From Octopus sinensis (Eukaryota), in the NCBI RefSeq assembly GCF_006345805.1, contig NC_043002.1, positions 8,246,001 to 8,310,000 of the forward strand: a DNA stretch of 64,000 nucleotides, in the 5' to 3' direction. The notes beneath the pieces were generated by a model. It was not told the origin of the DNA and made no database searches. It saw only the letters and a list, made by a program, of their open reading frames with translations. A program made the position numbers and the translations under genes. Positions 48,901 through 61,693 of this stretch are shown piece by piece. Each line of letters begins with the position of its first letter. Position 1 is the first letter of the stretch.

Positions 48901-49230
48901 CTTCCAAACTCTCCCCATGTCCTTCTCACTAAAATTCAACCTTCCATCACTCCCCCTCACGCATCTTCCTCCCTCAACATCTCTTCCATCTTTTTTCATT
49001 GATTTAATAAACCTAAACACTCTACCTGGGCCCTCATTCAGCCCACTCAACCTCTCCTCAGCCTCCTTCCTCATAGATCTCGCAACCACCCCCTTTGCAT
49101 GATTCTTCATGTTATACCTGGCTTTCATTTGCTCAGTCCTTTTATTACATAAAGCTTTATGCACCTCTTTCTCCCTTGCTATTGCACTCCTCACCTCCTC
49201 CTTCCACCACCATGTATCACCTTGATCTCT
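45987..49230 (-). mobile_element. Second, divergent RTE-clade LINE family (decayed), interrupted by a solo LTR
   Basis: ORF pieces 48358-49287 (TWWW..QFGFMPGRGTIDAVF), 46745-47056 (MLYVDDDLVL) and 46377-46790 (CYLGD..MLYGSET), then GRPRKRW and a GATGATAATGAT tail at ~45987-46000. Confidence 0.9.
47071..48198 (-). mobile_element. Solo LTR (Gypsy-like), 1128 bp
   Basis: Minus-strand termini TGTAG...CTATA (inferred CTACA with one substitution). 4-bp TSD ATGG at 47067-47070 and 48199-48202. Minus-strand CCAAT (~47984), TATAAAA (~47935) and AATAAA (47224-47229) occur in U3-R-U5 order. Removing it rejoins the RTE HQGSVL..AIVVDVV motif. Confidence 0.8.
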
Positions 49231-49671
49231 CCTACCTTTCATGTGTGTATGTGTACATATACTCACAAACACACACGCAAAATACACTTTAATTCAAATA
49301 TAGTTTCCCCAAAATTAAATATATCTAACATAATTAATGTGAATATCAGTGTGTCAGTGTGTCGCACTTTTTCCACTTTACTCCTAGAGGCCCATAGCCC
49401 ATCATATCATACCATTTTGGAATCAGGCTAAATCCGTGAGTAAATTAAAAACATTTCGGGCCAAATCTGGATCTGCAATCCTGAAATTTTGGATTCCTAT
49501 GTTTTCAGTACAGTGATTGTTTTCAGCAATATTCTTCACGTGATTTTTAGCAATGAATATAGTCATCATTGGGATATGACTCTGGAAGAAGCAATTGCAA
49601 CAAATTCTCCAAAACAAGTCAGAGATCCGTTTGCAGATCTTCCCATTTGGCGTTAGTTGCTTAAAAGCTAG

Positions 49672-49699
<28 letters not shown>

Positions 49700-49703
<4 letters not shown>

Positions 49704-50409
49704 CTGGCCTCCATGCTGTGGGCACGTAACAAACACCATCCGATCGTGGCCGTTCGCCAACCTCATCTGGCACCTGTGTCGGTGGCACATAAAAACACCA
49801 TCCGAAGACCCGGCAAGACTAGTCAGGCCATAACCCGTGGCCCCTACCTGGGACGTAGTCAGTCCACCTATGCATACCTTCCTTCTTGTGACACTTGTGA
49901 AGACCTGTTGAGGCAAGTGAAAATCAAAACAAATCAAAATAGATGAACATCAATGGAATTTGTATCTTTGTGGTACCAGTGCCAGTGGCACACAAGAAAA
50001 CCATCCGAACGTGGCCGTAGCCAGTACCGCATCGACTGGCCATCGTGCTGTGGGCACATAACACCATCCGATCGTGGCCGTTCGCCAGCCTCATCTGGCA
50101 CCTGTGTCGGTGGCACATAAAAACACCATCTGAGCATGGCCGTCTGCCAGCCTCGTCTGGCACCTGTGTCGGTGGCACATAAAAAACACCATCCGAGCGT
50201 GGCCGTTCGCCAGCCTCATCTGGCACCTGTGTCGGTGGCACATAAAATCACCCACTACACTCTCGGAGTGGTTGGCGTTAGGAAGGGCATCCAGCTGTAG
50301 AAACACTGCCAGATCTGACTGGCCTGGTGCAGCCTTTGGGCTCCCCAGACCCCAGTTGAACCGACCAACCCATGCCAGCATGGAAAGCGGATGTTAAATG
50401 ATGATGATG

Positions 50410-50410
<1 letters not shown>
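49700..50410 (+). mobile_element. Chimeric RTE 3' end (array fragment + ORF2 end + full UTR)
   Basis: 49700-49803 duplicates 50033-50130. 49805 begins GAAGACCCGGCAAG (ORF2 terminus). Confidence 0.85.
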
Positions 50411-50442
<32 letters not shown>

Positions 50443-50759
50443 TACATATGTGTGTGTGTACATAGATTGTAAACACGTTTTTTCTTCTTTCTCTCTTCCT
50501 TCTTTCTTTCCTTCTCTTTTCCATTGACACTCCTTTCAGATACACACACACACACAAAAACACACACACTCTCTCTCACTTTTCCCCATTCCTCACCCTC
50601 TATTACTATCCTATGTCTCTCTCCACCCCTACACACTCAATAATACTATAAAAAGAGATGAATCCTCTTAAACAAATTCAAATCTGAAGAATCTACAAGA
50701 GTAAATGCAAGTGCTAATATATGGTTTATAAAAATGTGACATATTAATAAAAATCTGTA

Positions 50760-51590
50760 AATGTACAACCATCCAGATTTCTGAGTACCTTATTTTTTCA
50801 AATACATACATATATTTATTAGGTTCACAAGAACAGGGGCTGCTTCCATTCCCATCACAATTCCACATTTCTGACGATAGTATGTGTGATCAAATAGGAA
50901 ATAATTGTTCTGAAGTATAAATTTTAAGGATTCAATAATAAAGATCTGGTTTATGTGTTCCGGGAGTACTTCGGGGTACTTTTCCAACCAGAATTTAATT
51001 GCTTTTATTCCATAGTCATGGGGGATGTTGGTGTAAAGATTGATAACATCGAGGGTGACCAATATTGCCTCTTCATTAATCATTTTTGGTAGGTGTTCTA
51101 ACATGTCTAAATCATCCCTAATGAAGCTTTTGATGTATTTCAGCAAGGGTTTCAGTAGGATGTCTAGAACAGTGGTTTACAACCAGGGTTCCGCCAGTAC
51201 AGTCCAGGGGTTCCACAAGAAGTTACAAAAATGCTAAAATCTCCTGTGCAGATATGTGTGCATAAGACTATTAAATTATTGCACAGGGGTTCCTCGAGCC
51301 AGTGGAATGTTTCCTTGAGGTTCCGCTCCAGCAAAAAGTTTGAAAAGCACTGGTCTAGAAAATTGCTTGGTCGGTGGGTTTCACAGGCCGGCCCAGCTAC
51401 AATGGGTCTCAAAGTTAAGTCTCCTGGCGTTTGGATATTTATGTATTTGTCTGTTGATTGTTTGCAGACTTCCTTGATTATCTTGCCCTTGTGTATTTTA
51501 GGAAGGCTGTAAAAAAGACTGGGTTTACATTTGAAGTTCGTGATGTAGTCTGTTTCTTTTTCTGTCGATGAAGTGTAACCCATGGTAGAT
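50760..51590 (-). mobile_element. Penelope-like element RT fragment
   Basis: FYSLPKIHK, LRPIVAG, VTLDVINLYTNIP and YYRQKCGIVMG..APVLVNL motifs. The frame rejoins (FLD-ILLKPLLKYI) once the MITE is removed. Confidence 0.9.
51170..51352. mobile_element. hAT/Charlie-type MITE
   Basis: TIRs CAGTGGTTTACAA / TTGAAAAGCACTG. Perfect 8-bp TSD GTCTAGAA (51162-51169 / 51353-51360), matching the NTCTAGAN Charlie target. Confidence 0.9.
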
Positions 51591-52067
51591 TGACTTAATT
51601 TAATTTAATTAAGCTAGTTTACCATTAAAAACACCGAAACGATGCATCGTATAAAGATGAATTAGGGTAAACGTTTTTAAATTTTCACCTAATTTCTGAA
51701 TTACTACTTAGCGGTTTGAGTTATGGCTGCTCTTTCTAGTGGACGAATGGCCTATTAAGGCCATTCCTAAATTGTTTAATTATATATATATATATATAAA
51801 TAATTTTAAAATAGGATAAAATCTTCATAAGAATTTATTAAGTAGTTCGGTACGACGTGTTTATTTATTTTAGTAGTTTTGACTTTGAGTCCCTCGTAGC
51901 GTGAGGCATCTATGTGTAAGAGTGCCCTCTATATTATATATATATATATATCCATTCAAACATACTTATATGTACATACGTATTATATGTGTTTAGAAGG
52001 TAGGATCAGTGCATTAGTTTGTACCGTTATAATTATAAATATAATACGCAGATTAATTTATATTTAC

Positions 52068-52464
52068 ACTAGCAGTATCGCTCGGCGTTGCTCGGGTTTG
52101 TAAGGGAAATAATTATATAAGCATTTTTAGAGATGTAAAGTATAATAGCCATCTCAATATGGCTAACCACAAAGGGGGGGGGGTGTTACTGTAGCTTTTT
52201 ACGTTCTGAGATTTAATAAATTTTTAGAGAGTTACTTCCCTTATATATGCCAAAAATGCATTAAAAATGGGAAAAATTGATGGTAAATTTTTTTTTAATC
52301 GTAAACTCATCGTAGACGCGCGCTAATATCCAGAAGGGCTCGATATGAATCACGACTATAAGATACCCGGTTTTGGTTAAACTGCACCGCAAAATGTGGC
52401 AGTAGTTAGGAATCTAAATCGTAGGAGACAGACAGCACACACCCTCTCTTTTATATATAAAGAT
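52068..52464 (+). mobile_element. Helentron-associated (DINE-1/HINE-like) element
   Basis: 5' ACTAGCAGTATCGCTCGGCGTTGCTCGGG; 3' GACAGACAGCACAC..TTTTATATATAAAGAT. Confidence 0.7.
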
Positions 52465-53157
52465 ATAGAAACGTAATATGTTTATTACTTCGTTATTTTT
52501 TTCCCTTTTTGCAGTAGTTTAAATCTTACGTCAGGTTTTGAAAGCTTTTAATGGAACCCAACATGTTCAGGCTTCAGTTATTCCAGAAGCCTGAACGAGT
52601 TGGGTTCCGTTAGGGGCCTGCGAAACTTGAAGTAGCATGGAAACAGAATCAAACTGTGTATGTATGTATGTATGTATGTATGTGTATGTGTGTGCGTGTG
52701 CGTGCGTATGTATGTATGTGTGTATGTGTGTGTGTGTGTGTGTATGTGTGTATGTATGTATGTGTGTGTGTATGTACGTACGTACATATGCATGCATGTG
52801 TGTGTACCGGGGTAGATATAAATACATTCATATGTGTATGTATTTATATATATGCATGTATGAATGTACATAAAAATGAAAATGAGCGAAGGGAAATAAC
52901 TCCTGATGTTATCCATTTGAACACCAGACACGAAGTAAGGTATATCAAAATCTATACAAGATAATTTCTTGGTTCACTGAAATACTCTGCTTCCAGGAAG
53001 AGTAAAACAATTGCTGGTGATAATTGCGACCCAATGAGTTAATAGACAATCTTAAGATTCAGAGATTTTTTTATAAAGTACATAAGGTTAAGTTATAAAG
53101 AAATATAAATATAAAATAAAAAATATACACACACATTTAAATACTCATTTATATATA

Positions 53158-53305
53158 TATCATCATCATCATCATCATTTAGCGTCCGCTTTCCATGCTA
53201 GCATGGGTTGGACGGTTCAACTGGGGTCTGTGAAGCCAGAAGGCTGCATCAGGCCCAGTCTGATCTGGCAGTGATTCTACGGCTGGATGCCCTTCCTAAC
53301 GCCAC
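53158..53305 (-). mobile_element. RTE 3' UTR copy
   Basis: (CAT)n tail and terminal motifs. Further fragments at 53423-53490, 53765-53960, 54232-54290 and 54740-54850. Confidence 0.85.
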
Positions 53306-54639
53306 AAATGCATACATATATAAATATACGTAAATACTTATATATACACTTAAATCTACATACATATTTACATTTATAAGGATACACAATAATCAATTAA
53401 TATTAATAATATTAGAGGAATTCATCATCATTTAACGTCCGTTTTCCATGCTGGCATGGGTTGGACTGTTCGACCGGGGTCTGGTAAGCCATGGGATAGA
53501 AAGGGCTCCTTAGCTGTAGTGAAGGCAATCTATCTAGGGAGATAACCTTACAATAAATCACTCGGTCTGTAGCTTAGAAATACTGGGTTGACGTCCAGCG
53601 GGAACAGCTTTGTTTCATGGAGGAGGAAAGATCTTCTTTAGTGCTTGGTTGTACAATGCTTTCCAATGTGTGTAGTAGTGGCGTGCGCACACATTATTAG
53701 CCATTTGAAAAGACTATGGAATTTAGTCTCGACCACGGTCGAACAATGATGATGATGATGAAACCATGGAGGCTGCACCAGGCTCTAGTCTGATTTGGCA
53801 GTGTTTCTACAGCTGGATGCCCTTCCTAATGCCAACCACTCCGTGAGTGTAGTGGGTGTTTTTTACGTGCCACCGGCACAGGGGCCAGAGCAGGATGGCA
53901 AACGGCCACGGTCGGTTGGTGCTTTTACGTGTCACTGACATGGATGCCAGTCAGGCGGCGCTTATATTATTTATATTAGTTATTTCAGTTATGTCAACGA
54001 AACTGCAAACACATGCAGAACATATATATATTAATCTTAAGAATCAAGAATTCGCCAAATCAACATGGTATTAAAGAAAAGTCAGTTTGATTGTTTGGAG
54101 ACAAGGACTGCTGGATACGTGTGTTTGTCTCAATAGGGGTCATCTGTATAGCAGTTGTCCATCTTCAGCCGCTGCAGGCAGAAGACTTGGACAGATACAA
54201 AAAAAGTGTAGAATGCATTAATAGCATTGATCATCATCATCATCATCGTTTAACAGACGTTTTCCATGCTAGAATGGGTTGGACGGGTAATTTGTATAAA
54301 TGAAACAAAAATGAGCTTGGAGTGGACAGTGGTGCGTATGTGAACAACAAAAGATGATTAAGGGTATATTAAATACCATACAAAAGGATTTCTAAATTTA
54401 TTGAAATTATCTTCACTCCCAGTCACTGGTGGCAACAGGAACCAACTTCCGATGAAAAGGAGAAATGATCTCAAGAATCAAGAATTCTTCAAAATTGTCA
54501 GGCCATTCAGAAAAAGCCAGTTGCCTATGATTGGGGAATTGCTGGCTTTGTGCCAAAATTTCAAATCATCATGTTAGTATTATTTTTATTTATCTATGTC
54601 ACATCTCAACTCCATCCTGCAGCTTAGAGACACAACACT

Positions 54640-54738
54640 TTCCTCAACACATCACAAGTAAATCAGACATTGTTTGAGGCAGATCCAGCTGGTTTCCTTG
54701 AACATTTCTTAAGCCAGGATTAATGTTGGGTCCACCAC
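54640..54738 (+). mobile_element. Fragment of the same mariner family
   Basis: GATCCAGCTGGTTTCCTT..AGCCAGGAT..GTTGGGTC matches 56674-56725. Confidence 0.7.
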
Positions 54739-55148
54739 CAATCGTGGCCGTTGCCAGCCACCCCCAGCACCTGTGCCAGTGGCACGTAAAAAGCACCATC
54801 TGTACGTGGTTGATGCTAGCACCACCTTGATTGGCTTCCTTCCGTGCCGGTGTAATCACAGGTACGTTCTAAGCTGGCTTTAGAATACCTGGTGGCTATG
54901 AATAATGCATCATCCCTATACAATCTACTCCCCTTTTAGGAAAATGCATGTTAATTTGGTAAATAGGAGTAAGGTCTGTCTCTTGTGTGGAGTCAGCTCT
55001 CATTGTAACATCAAAGTTATTGTTGGTAGACATTCTACAACAGAAAATAAGAAGGTAGGCTGAAAAGTTCATAGGCTGACTATGAGAGAGAGATGCTAGA
55101 GTTGTGAACTCTTGCATGCATCAATTACAACTCTTTTTATTAATAACT

Positions 55149-55560
55149 GCATAGGAGTGGCTGTGTGGTAAGTAGTTTGCTTACCAACCACATGGTTCCG
55201 GGTTCAGTCCCACTGCGTGGCACCTTGGGAAAGTGTCTTCTGCTATAGCCTTGGGCTGACCAAAGCCTTGTGAGTGGACTTGGTAGACGGAAACTGAAAG
55301 AAGCCTGTCGTACATATGTATATATATATATATAAATACGTGTGTGTGTTTGTCTGTCTGTGTTTGTCCCTCCCAACATCGCTTGACAACCGATGCTGGT
55401 GTGTTTACGTCCTCGTAACTTAGAGGTTCGGCAAAAGAGACCGATAGAATAAGTACTAGGCTTACAAAGAATAAGTCCTGGGGTCGATTTGCTCGAGTAA
55501 AGGTGGTGCTCCAGCATGGCTGCAGTCAAATGACTGAAACAGGTAAAAGAGTAAAAAGAG
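55149..55560 (+). mobile_element. SINE family C inserted in mariner
   Basis: Full head, core and tail. Confidence 0.92.
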
Positions 55561-55737
55561 AGAGAGAGAGAGAGAATCTGACTGCTTAAAGACAAATTCA
55601 AGAGTAAATAGTTGTGACTTCTCTTGAGAATGAAAAGAATTTGGCATCATGGTGTTATGAAGTAGCTGCAGAAAAAGGGTTTAGCCCCTAAAGACATTCG
55701 TGTTGACACACTTGCTACAGTAGGGGATGATGATGAT

Positions 55738-56085
55738 GATCATCATCGTTTAACGTCCGTTTTCCATGCTAGCATGGGTTGGACGGTTCGACCGGAGTCT
55801 GGGAAGCCATGGAGGCTGCACCAGGTTCCAGTCCAATCTGGCAGAGTTTCTACAGCTGGATGCCCTTCCTAACACCAATAACTTTACAGAGTGTACTGGG
55901 TGCTTTCTACATGCCACCTGCACAGGTGCCAGGCGAGGCTGGCAATGGCCACGATTGGTTGGTGCTTTTTATGTTCCACCGGCACAGAAGCCAGTCATGG
56001 CGGTGCTGGCATCGGCCATGTTTGGATGGTGCTTTTTACGTGCCACTGGCACAGGAATCCCAACTACAATTTCCATTGATTTTTG
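55738..56085 (-). mobile_element. RTE 3' UTR copy inserted in mariner
   Basis: Terminal motifs; interrupts the mariner N-terminal LGDD|APALSTVQ sequence. Confidence 0.9.
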
Positions 56086-56278
56086 ATGTTGCTCCAGCTT
56101 TATCAACAGTGCAAAGTGGACAGCTGAATTTAGGAGGGGAAGGAAGAATCTTAAAGATGACCCAAATTCTGGACGTCCTGCAACTGCCACCACTAAGAAA
56201 AACACTAATCATGTTCACCACATGGTGTCGGATGGCAGGTGAGTCATCATAAATCAAAGAGCTTATACTATTAACATA

Positions 56279-56513
56279 CCTATTTCTTTACTACCCACAA
56301 GGGGCTAAACATAGAGGGGACAAACAAGGACAGACAAACAGATTAAGTCGATTACATCGACCCCAGTGCATAACTGGTACTTAATTTATCGACCCTGAAA
56401 GGATGAAAGGCAAAGTCGACCTCAGCTGAATTTGAACCCAGAACGTAATGGCAGACGAAATACCGCTAAGCATTTCGCCCGGCGTGCTAACGGTTCTGCC
56501 AGCTCTCTGCCTT
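56279..56513 (-). mobile_element. SINE family B inserted in mariner
   Basis: Full element; 17-bp TSD with 2 mismatches (56262-56278 / 56514-56530). Confidence 0.9.
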
Positions 56514-57072
56514 CTTATGCTATTAGCATATCTTGTGAAAAAGTTAACAATATTGTGCACAATGAACTTGCCATGGCGAAGGTTTCTGCTCAGTAGGTGC
56601 TATGTCTTCTGACACCTGATCAAAAGCATACCAGGCTGATCACATCACGGGAAAATTGATGTTGCTTGTGGTAGATCCAGCTGGTTTCCTTAAACATTTC
56701 CTAAGCCAGGATGGGTGTTGGGGTCATCACTTTGAGCCAACAATCCAGGCTGTGGAAGCACCACTCCTCACCTGCTCTAAATAAGACAAAGATAATTTCA
56801 TCAGCAGGGAAGGTGATGGCCTCAGGTTTTGAGGAAGCAAGAGCTTTTGTGTTCATTAACTCTCTTCAAAAGGGCCTCATCATTGAGGCAGTTACAAAAG
56901 CCTATCAGGACCAGGTGTTCAGGAAAACTATCACAAGGGCACTTGTTTCATTAGGACAGTGTGCCAGCACACAAGTCCTTTGTTTCCATGATTGTTGTGG
57001 GTGACTGTGGTTTTGAACTGGTTGATCACCCTCCCTATTCTCCTGATTTGGCCCAAAACACTTGGTTGGTAA

Positions 57073-57420
57073 CATCATCATCGTTTAATGCCCGCCTTCC
57101 ATGCTAGCATGGGTTGGATGATTTTGATTGAGGGCTGACGAACCAGATGGCCGCACCAGGCTCCAATCTTGATTTGGCAGAGTTTCTACAGCTGGATGCC
57201 CTTCCTAACGCCAACCACTCCGAGAGTGTAGTGGGTGCTTTTTACGTGCCACTGGCACGGGGGCAGTGAGGCAGTACCAGCAATGACCTCACTCGAATCT
57301 TTTTACACATGCCACCGGCATGGGTGCCAGTATGGCAACGTTGGTAACGATCACACTCGAATGGTGCACTTTTATGTGCCACTGGCACAGAAGCCAGTTG
57401 GCTGCTCTGTCAACGATCAC
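57073..57420 (-). mobile_element. RTE 3' UTR copy inserted in mariner
   Basis: Terminal motifs and array; lies just after the mariner YSPDLAP motif. Confidence 0.9.
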
Positions 57421-58495
57421 CAGTATTGCAATGATGATGATGATGTTATATTTACTGTTGATAACTTTTTGGGGGGCAACAAGATGAAAGTTTTTTTCAC
57501 CAATGGGATCCAAGCACTGCAACATCAATGGAAAAAAAATGTGTAGACTGGTAGGGAGTCTATGTTGGAAAATAAACCTCATTTGGTCACATACCATGAC
57601 AGTATCTTCATCAGCCTGTGAACTCTTCAGTTGACCCTCATGTTGTTAAAGGGGAAAGGTGTTTTCCTATTTGTGTAATATCTATATCTAAACAAGACAG
57701 ATATGTTAATTTATGAGAAAGTATAAGAGCTTTATTAGGCAGAATACGAGAAACATAGAATAATAATAATAATTTATATGAAATTGTATTTTGGAGTAAG
57801 CAGAGACAAGTGATTACCTCCCCTGCATTGCTATAAAGATTAAGATTATCTTTAACGGGATAATACTTACTAAAATAGCTTTGCTAATACATCCAAGTTT
57901 GGAGTTGGTGGGGTAAATAAGTTCAAGTAAGTTTGCTCAGAGAATGTGCCTTTTAGTCCTTTAGAGTGAAGTGAGGAAGCCTTAATATGTAGAGTTCAGT
58001 TCTATCCTTCACACTTCGTTCCCTAGCAAGTACGCAATAAATATGTAACATCTCAAATGAATGAATAGCTCCCCTCATCAATAATTGTTTGTCCATCACG
58101 TCTCTCTCTCTCTATATATATATATATAGACGTGATGGACAAACAATATATATATATATATATATACCATAATGCACATTAAAGGTACAAATATAGACAA
58201 TAACAATTGACCGAAACCTAACGTAAGTGGAAAAAATGTACGAACTTGGGAATTGACTGGACTATGATTAAAACGGATTATTCTATGTACATATTCTCCG
58301 TTTTCTTTAACCTATTAATTATTTCTCCTATATCGAAGACAACGAAGTCTCCATGGAGGTAACTAGACTTTCGGGAATAATATCCAGAGTCATTAGTTCT
58401 ATCACAGTGCAAAACTGGTGCCTGTTTGGATAACATAGACCTACAAAAGAAAACTTCTCTATGAAGAAAAATTTCTTTTTTTTTTAATATAGGCC

Positions 58496-58526
<31 letters not shown>

Positions 58527-58756
58527 TATATATATTTACATTGTCAAACGTATTTGAAGAGTTAGAAACTGGTCCTGCATTATCCGATTCTAGGTTGTCC
58601 ATTTATCGAATGTTCTTTGATAAGACAAATTTTTTTCATGTCTGTTGAACACACACGTCTTTGCTTGTATATATGCAGTGAAGCTGCAATAGCGTCGTAT
58701 TTATATCAACTGCTATTTTCCAGTAAATATTGGTGCCTTGTTGTACCATTTATCTA

Positions 58757-58932
<176 letters not shown>

Positions 58933-59385
58933 ATAGGAGTGGCTATGTGGTTAAGTAGCTTGCTTATCAACCACATGGTTCCAGGTTCAGTTCCACATCA
59001 TGGCACTTTGAGCAAATATCTTCTGCTATAGCCTCGAGCCGACTAATGCCTTGCGAGTGGATTTGGTACATGGAAACTTAAAGAAGACCATTGTATATAT
59101 GTGTGTGTGTATATATATACTGAAATTGTTCAACGAACGGGAACGTGAAACTCCGAGTAAGTGCTTTTGTTAAATTTCTGCTGCTTTTAAATAAAGTATA
59201 TATATATATGTATATGTTTGTGTGTCGCTTGACAACCAATGTTAGTGTGTTTACGTCCCCATAACTTAGCAGTTCAGCAAAAGAGATCAATAGAATAAGT
59301 ACTAGGCTTACAAAGAATAAGTCCTGGGGTCAATTTGTTCGACTAAAGGTGGTGCTCCGGCATAAAAAAGAAACAAATAAAAGAA
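58933..59385 (+). mobile_element. SINE family C (diverged; another copy at 59715-60030)
   Basis: Head, core and tail motifs. Confidence 0.8.
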
Positions 59386-59459
59386 TAAAAATAATGTATA
59401 TAACGGTTTTTTTAAAACTTGGTTTCTGACTTGCTGATCTCATTTTGAATGTAAGGATG

Positions 59460-59682
59460 AATTACAACCATGTTTCGTGGTCTGCTACCACAACAGCTCC
59501 TTTATAGGATCCAGTTAGCTCAAGACATCACATCCGGTTTCGGCCCCTACTCCTCTACCATTTTAATGTGGCAGCCCCCACTCCTTTATGAGGTGTTTTC
59601 AGCTCTGGTGTTGGGTGCATGTCTTCTTTCTTCTTCTTTCTTCTGTTCCCTGGCCTCTTCGATGTAGCGTCAGCGAGTGTCA
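59460..59682 (-). repeat. Copy of the 14598-14825 repeat
   Basis: Reverse-complement match to 14598-14825. Confidence 0.85.
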
Positions 59683-60607
59683 TTTCCGATTTAAATTTAA
59701 TAAAAAGGAAAATAGGGCTGTGTGGCAAGAAGCTTGCTTCCCAACCACATGGTTCTGGGTTCAGTCCTACTGCATGATACTTTAGGAAAGTGTTTTCTAC
59801 TATAGCCTGTCATATACACATGTGTGTGTGTGTGTGTGTTTCTTTGTCCCCCACCACTGCTTAAAGATTGATGTTGGTTTGTTTATGTCCCACTAACAGT
59901 TGGTGAAAGAGACTGATAAAATAAGTACTGGGCTTAAAAATATAAGTACCGAAGTTGATTTGTTTGATTAATATTCTTCCAGGTAGTGCCCCAGCATGGC
60001 CATAGTCTAATGACTCAAACAATTAAAAGATAAAAATGCGATAAAAAAGAAAAAAAAAACATAAGTGAAAATTTCTTTTCAATTTAAAAAAGAATTTTAT
60101 TTTGAAGCCAAATTTTTCTTGAATTTACTCATTTCTGTAAAATGCCCGTTGTAAACATACATACATATATATGTGTGTGTGTGTGTGTGTATGTGCATAT
60201 TGTGCCTGGGTGATCACTGTTAACAAATCCTTTAGTGGCTCGGTGCTTTCAAAGTAAAATTAAATGAAAACTCCAGTACTTGAAAAACAAGTAAGGGTTA
60301 GTGACAGTAAATGTACCCAGCTGTAAAAAAAAAAAATGTCTCTCTATGTTTATCTAAATCATGCTAGCACAGAAAAACATAAAATGTATGAATGAAAAGT
60401 GATCATTAATTCATTAATTCATTCATGCATGCATACATTCATGCACACGCGCATATGGTGGGAAGTTCATAAGACATTGGGTTGTTGGGGTACCACTTAA
60501 GATGGAAACTTTGTCCTCACCTCATGTATCTATGCCAAGTTAGTTTGGCAGAGACCAAAAATTTGGACTTGAGCAAAGAAAAACTGCTTGTTAACTTTGT
60601 TTCTGCT

Positions 60608-60995
60608 GTTTGTTTGTTTGTTTGTTGAGTGAACGGTCTTTGTCCCAGAGCTCGCAAGATGGGAGAAGTCCGAAACATGGTCCTTTGCTATTCGTAAGAC
60701 CCGCAGAAGGGAAAGCAGGTCAACCCCCCAACACCGAGAGCATTGACGGATGGATGAATGCGCATCCAGGCTCAGCGGTTGCGTAGGAAGTCGGGGACAA
60801 AGAAACAGGAAGAAAGAGTGAGAGAAAGTTGGAGCAAAAGAGTACAACAGGGGTTGCTGCCACCCCCTGCCGGAGCCTCGTGGAGCTTTTAGGTGTTTTC
60901 GCTCAATAAACACACACAATGCCCGGTCTGGGAATCGAAACCGCGATCCTCCGACTGCGAGCCCGCTGCCCTAACCACTGGGTCATTGCGCCTCC
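60608..60995 (-). mobile_element. tRNA-derived SINE family D with (CAAA)n tail
   Basis: Head GGAGGCGCAATGACCCAGTGGTTAGGGCAGCGGGCTCGCAGTCGGAGGATCGCGGTTTCGATTCCC (A and B boxes) and AAAC tail. Near-TSD ACTTT(G)TTTCTGCT at 60594-60607 / 60996-61008. Confidence 0.85.
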
Positions 60996-61244
60996 ACTTT
61001 TTTCTGCTACTTTGTAGTTTGGCAGACTTCGATGTTGAGTATGATGCATTTTTGTAATGGATGCATTTTTGCTGACAGGGTATAAAGAATTTCAAACATA
61101 ACCACTTTCATACTGCAACATGAGCCCTTAGATGACTGCCTAGTAAAGGGTTTGTTCAACATTTTCTATGACAATTGTAGCACAAAATATTCTAACAGCA
61201 GCAGCTTAGCCTCTTGTTTGCATTCATTGATATCTACGAACATG

Positions 61245-61465
61245 CATTGGCAGAACCTTTAGCATGCCGGGCGAAATGCGTAGCCATATTTCGTCTGCCG
61301 TTACGTTCTGAGTTCAAATTCTGCTGAGGTCGACTTTGCCTTTCATCCTTTCGGGGTCAATAAATTAAGTACCAGTTACGCACTGAGGTCGATGTAATCG
61401 ACTTAATCCGTTTGTCTGTCTTTGTTTGTCCCCTCTGTGTTTAGTCCCTTGTGGGTTGTAAAGAA
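61245..61465 (+). mobile_element. SINE family B
   Basis: Head, core and tail present. Confidence 0.88.
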
Positions 61466-61506
61466 GCAAATATAAGTTGAGTGGTTAAGAATTATATATA
61501 TACTAT

Positions 61507-61662
61507 GGCGCAGGAGTGGCTGTGTGGTAAGTAGCTTGCTTACGAACCACATGGTTCCGCGTTCAGTCCCACTGCGTGGCACCTTGGGCAAGTGTCTTCT
61601 ACTATAGCCTCGGGCCGACCAAAGTTGATTTGGTAGACGGAAACTGAAAGAAGCCCGTCGTA

Positions 61663-61693
<31 letters not shown>

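Larger units (their letters stand above)
55050..57640 (+). mobile_element. Near-full-length mariner fossil carrying four younger retroelement insertions
   Basis: TIRs GAAGGTAGGCTGAAAAGTTCATAGGCTGA / TCAGCCTGTGAACTCTTCAGTTGACCCTCA. Coding remnants QKKGLAPKDI, APALSTVQ, DDPNSGRPAT, KVSAQ, DHPPYSPDLA and GIQALQHQWKK occur in order. Confidence 0.85.

Noticed and set aside
60920-60995. tRNA genes (heads of SINE B, C and D)
   Set aside because: A and B boxes are present, but there is no complete acceptor stem or Pol III terminator, and each head continues into a SINE body and tail.
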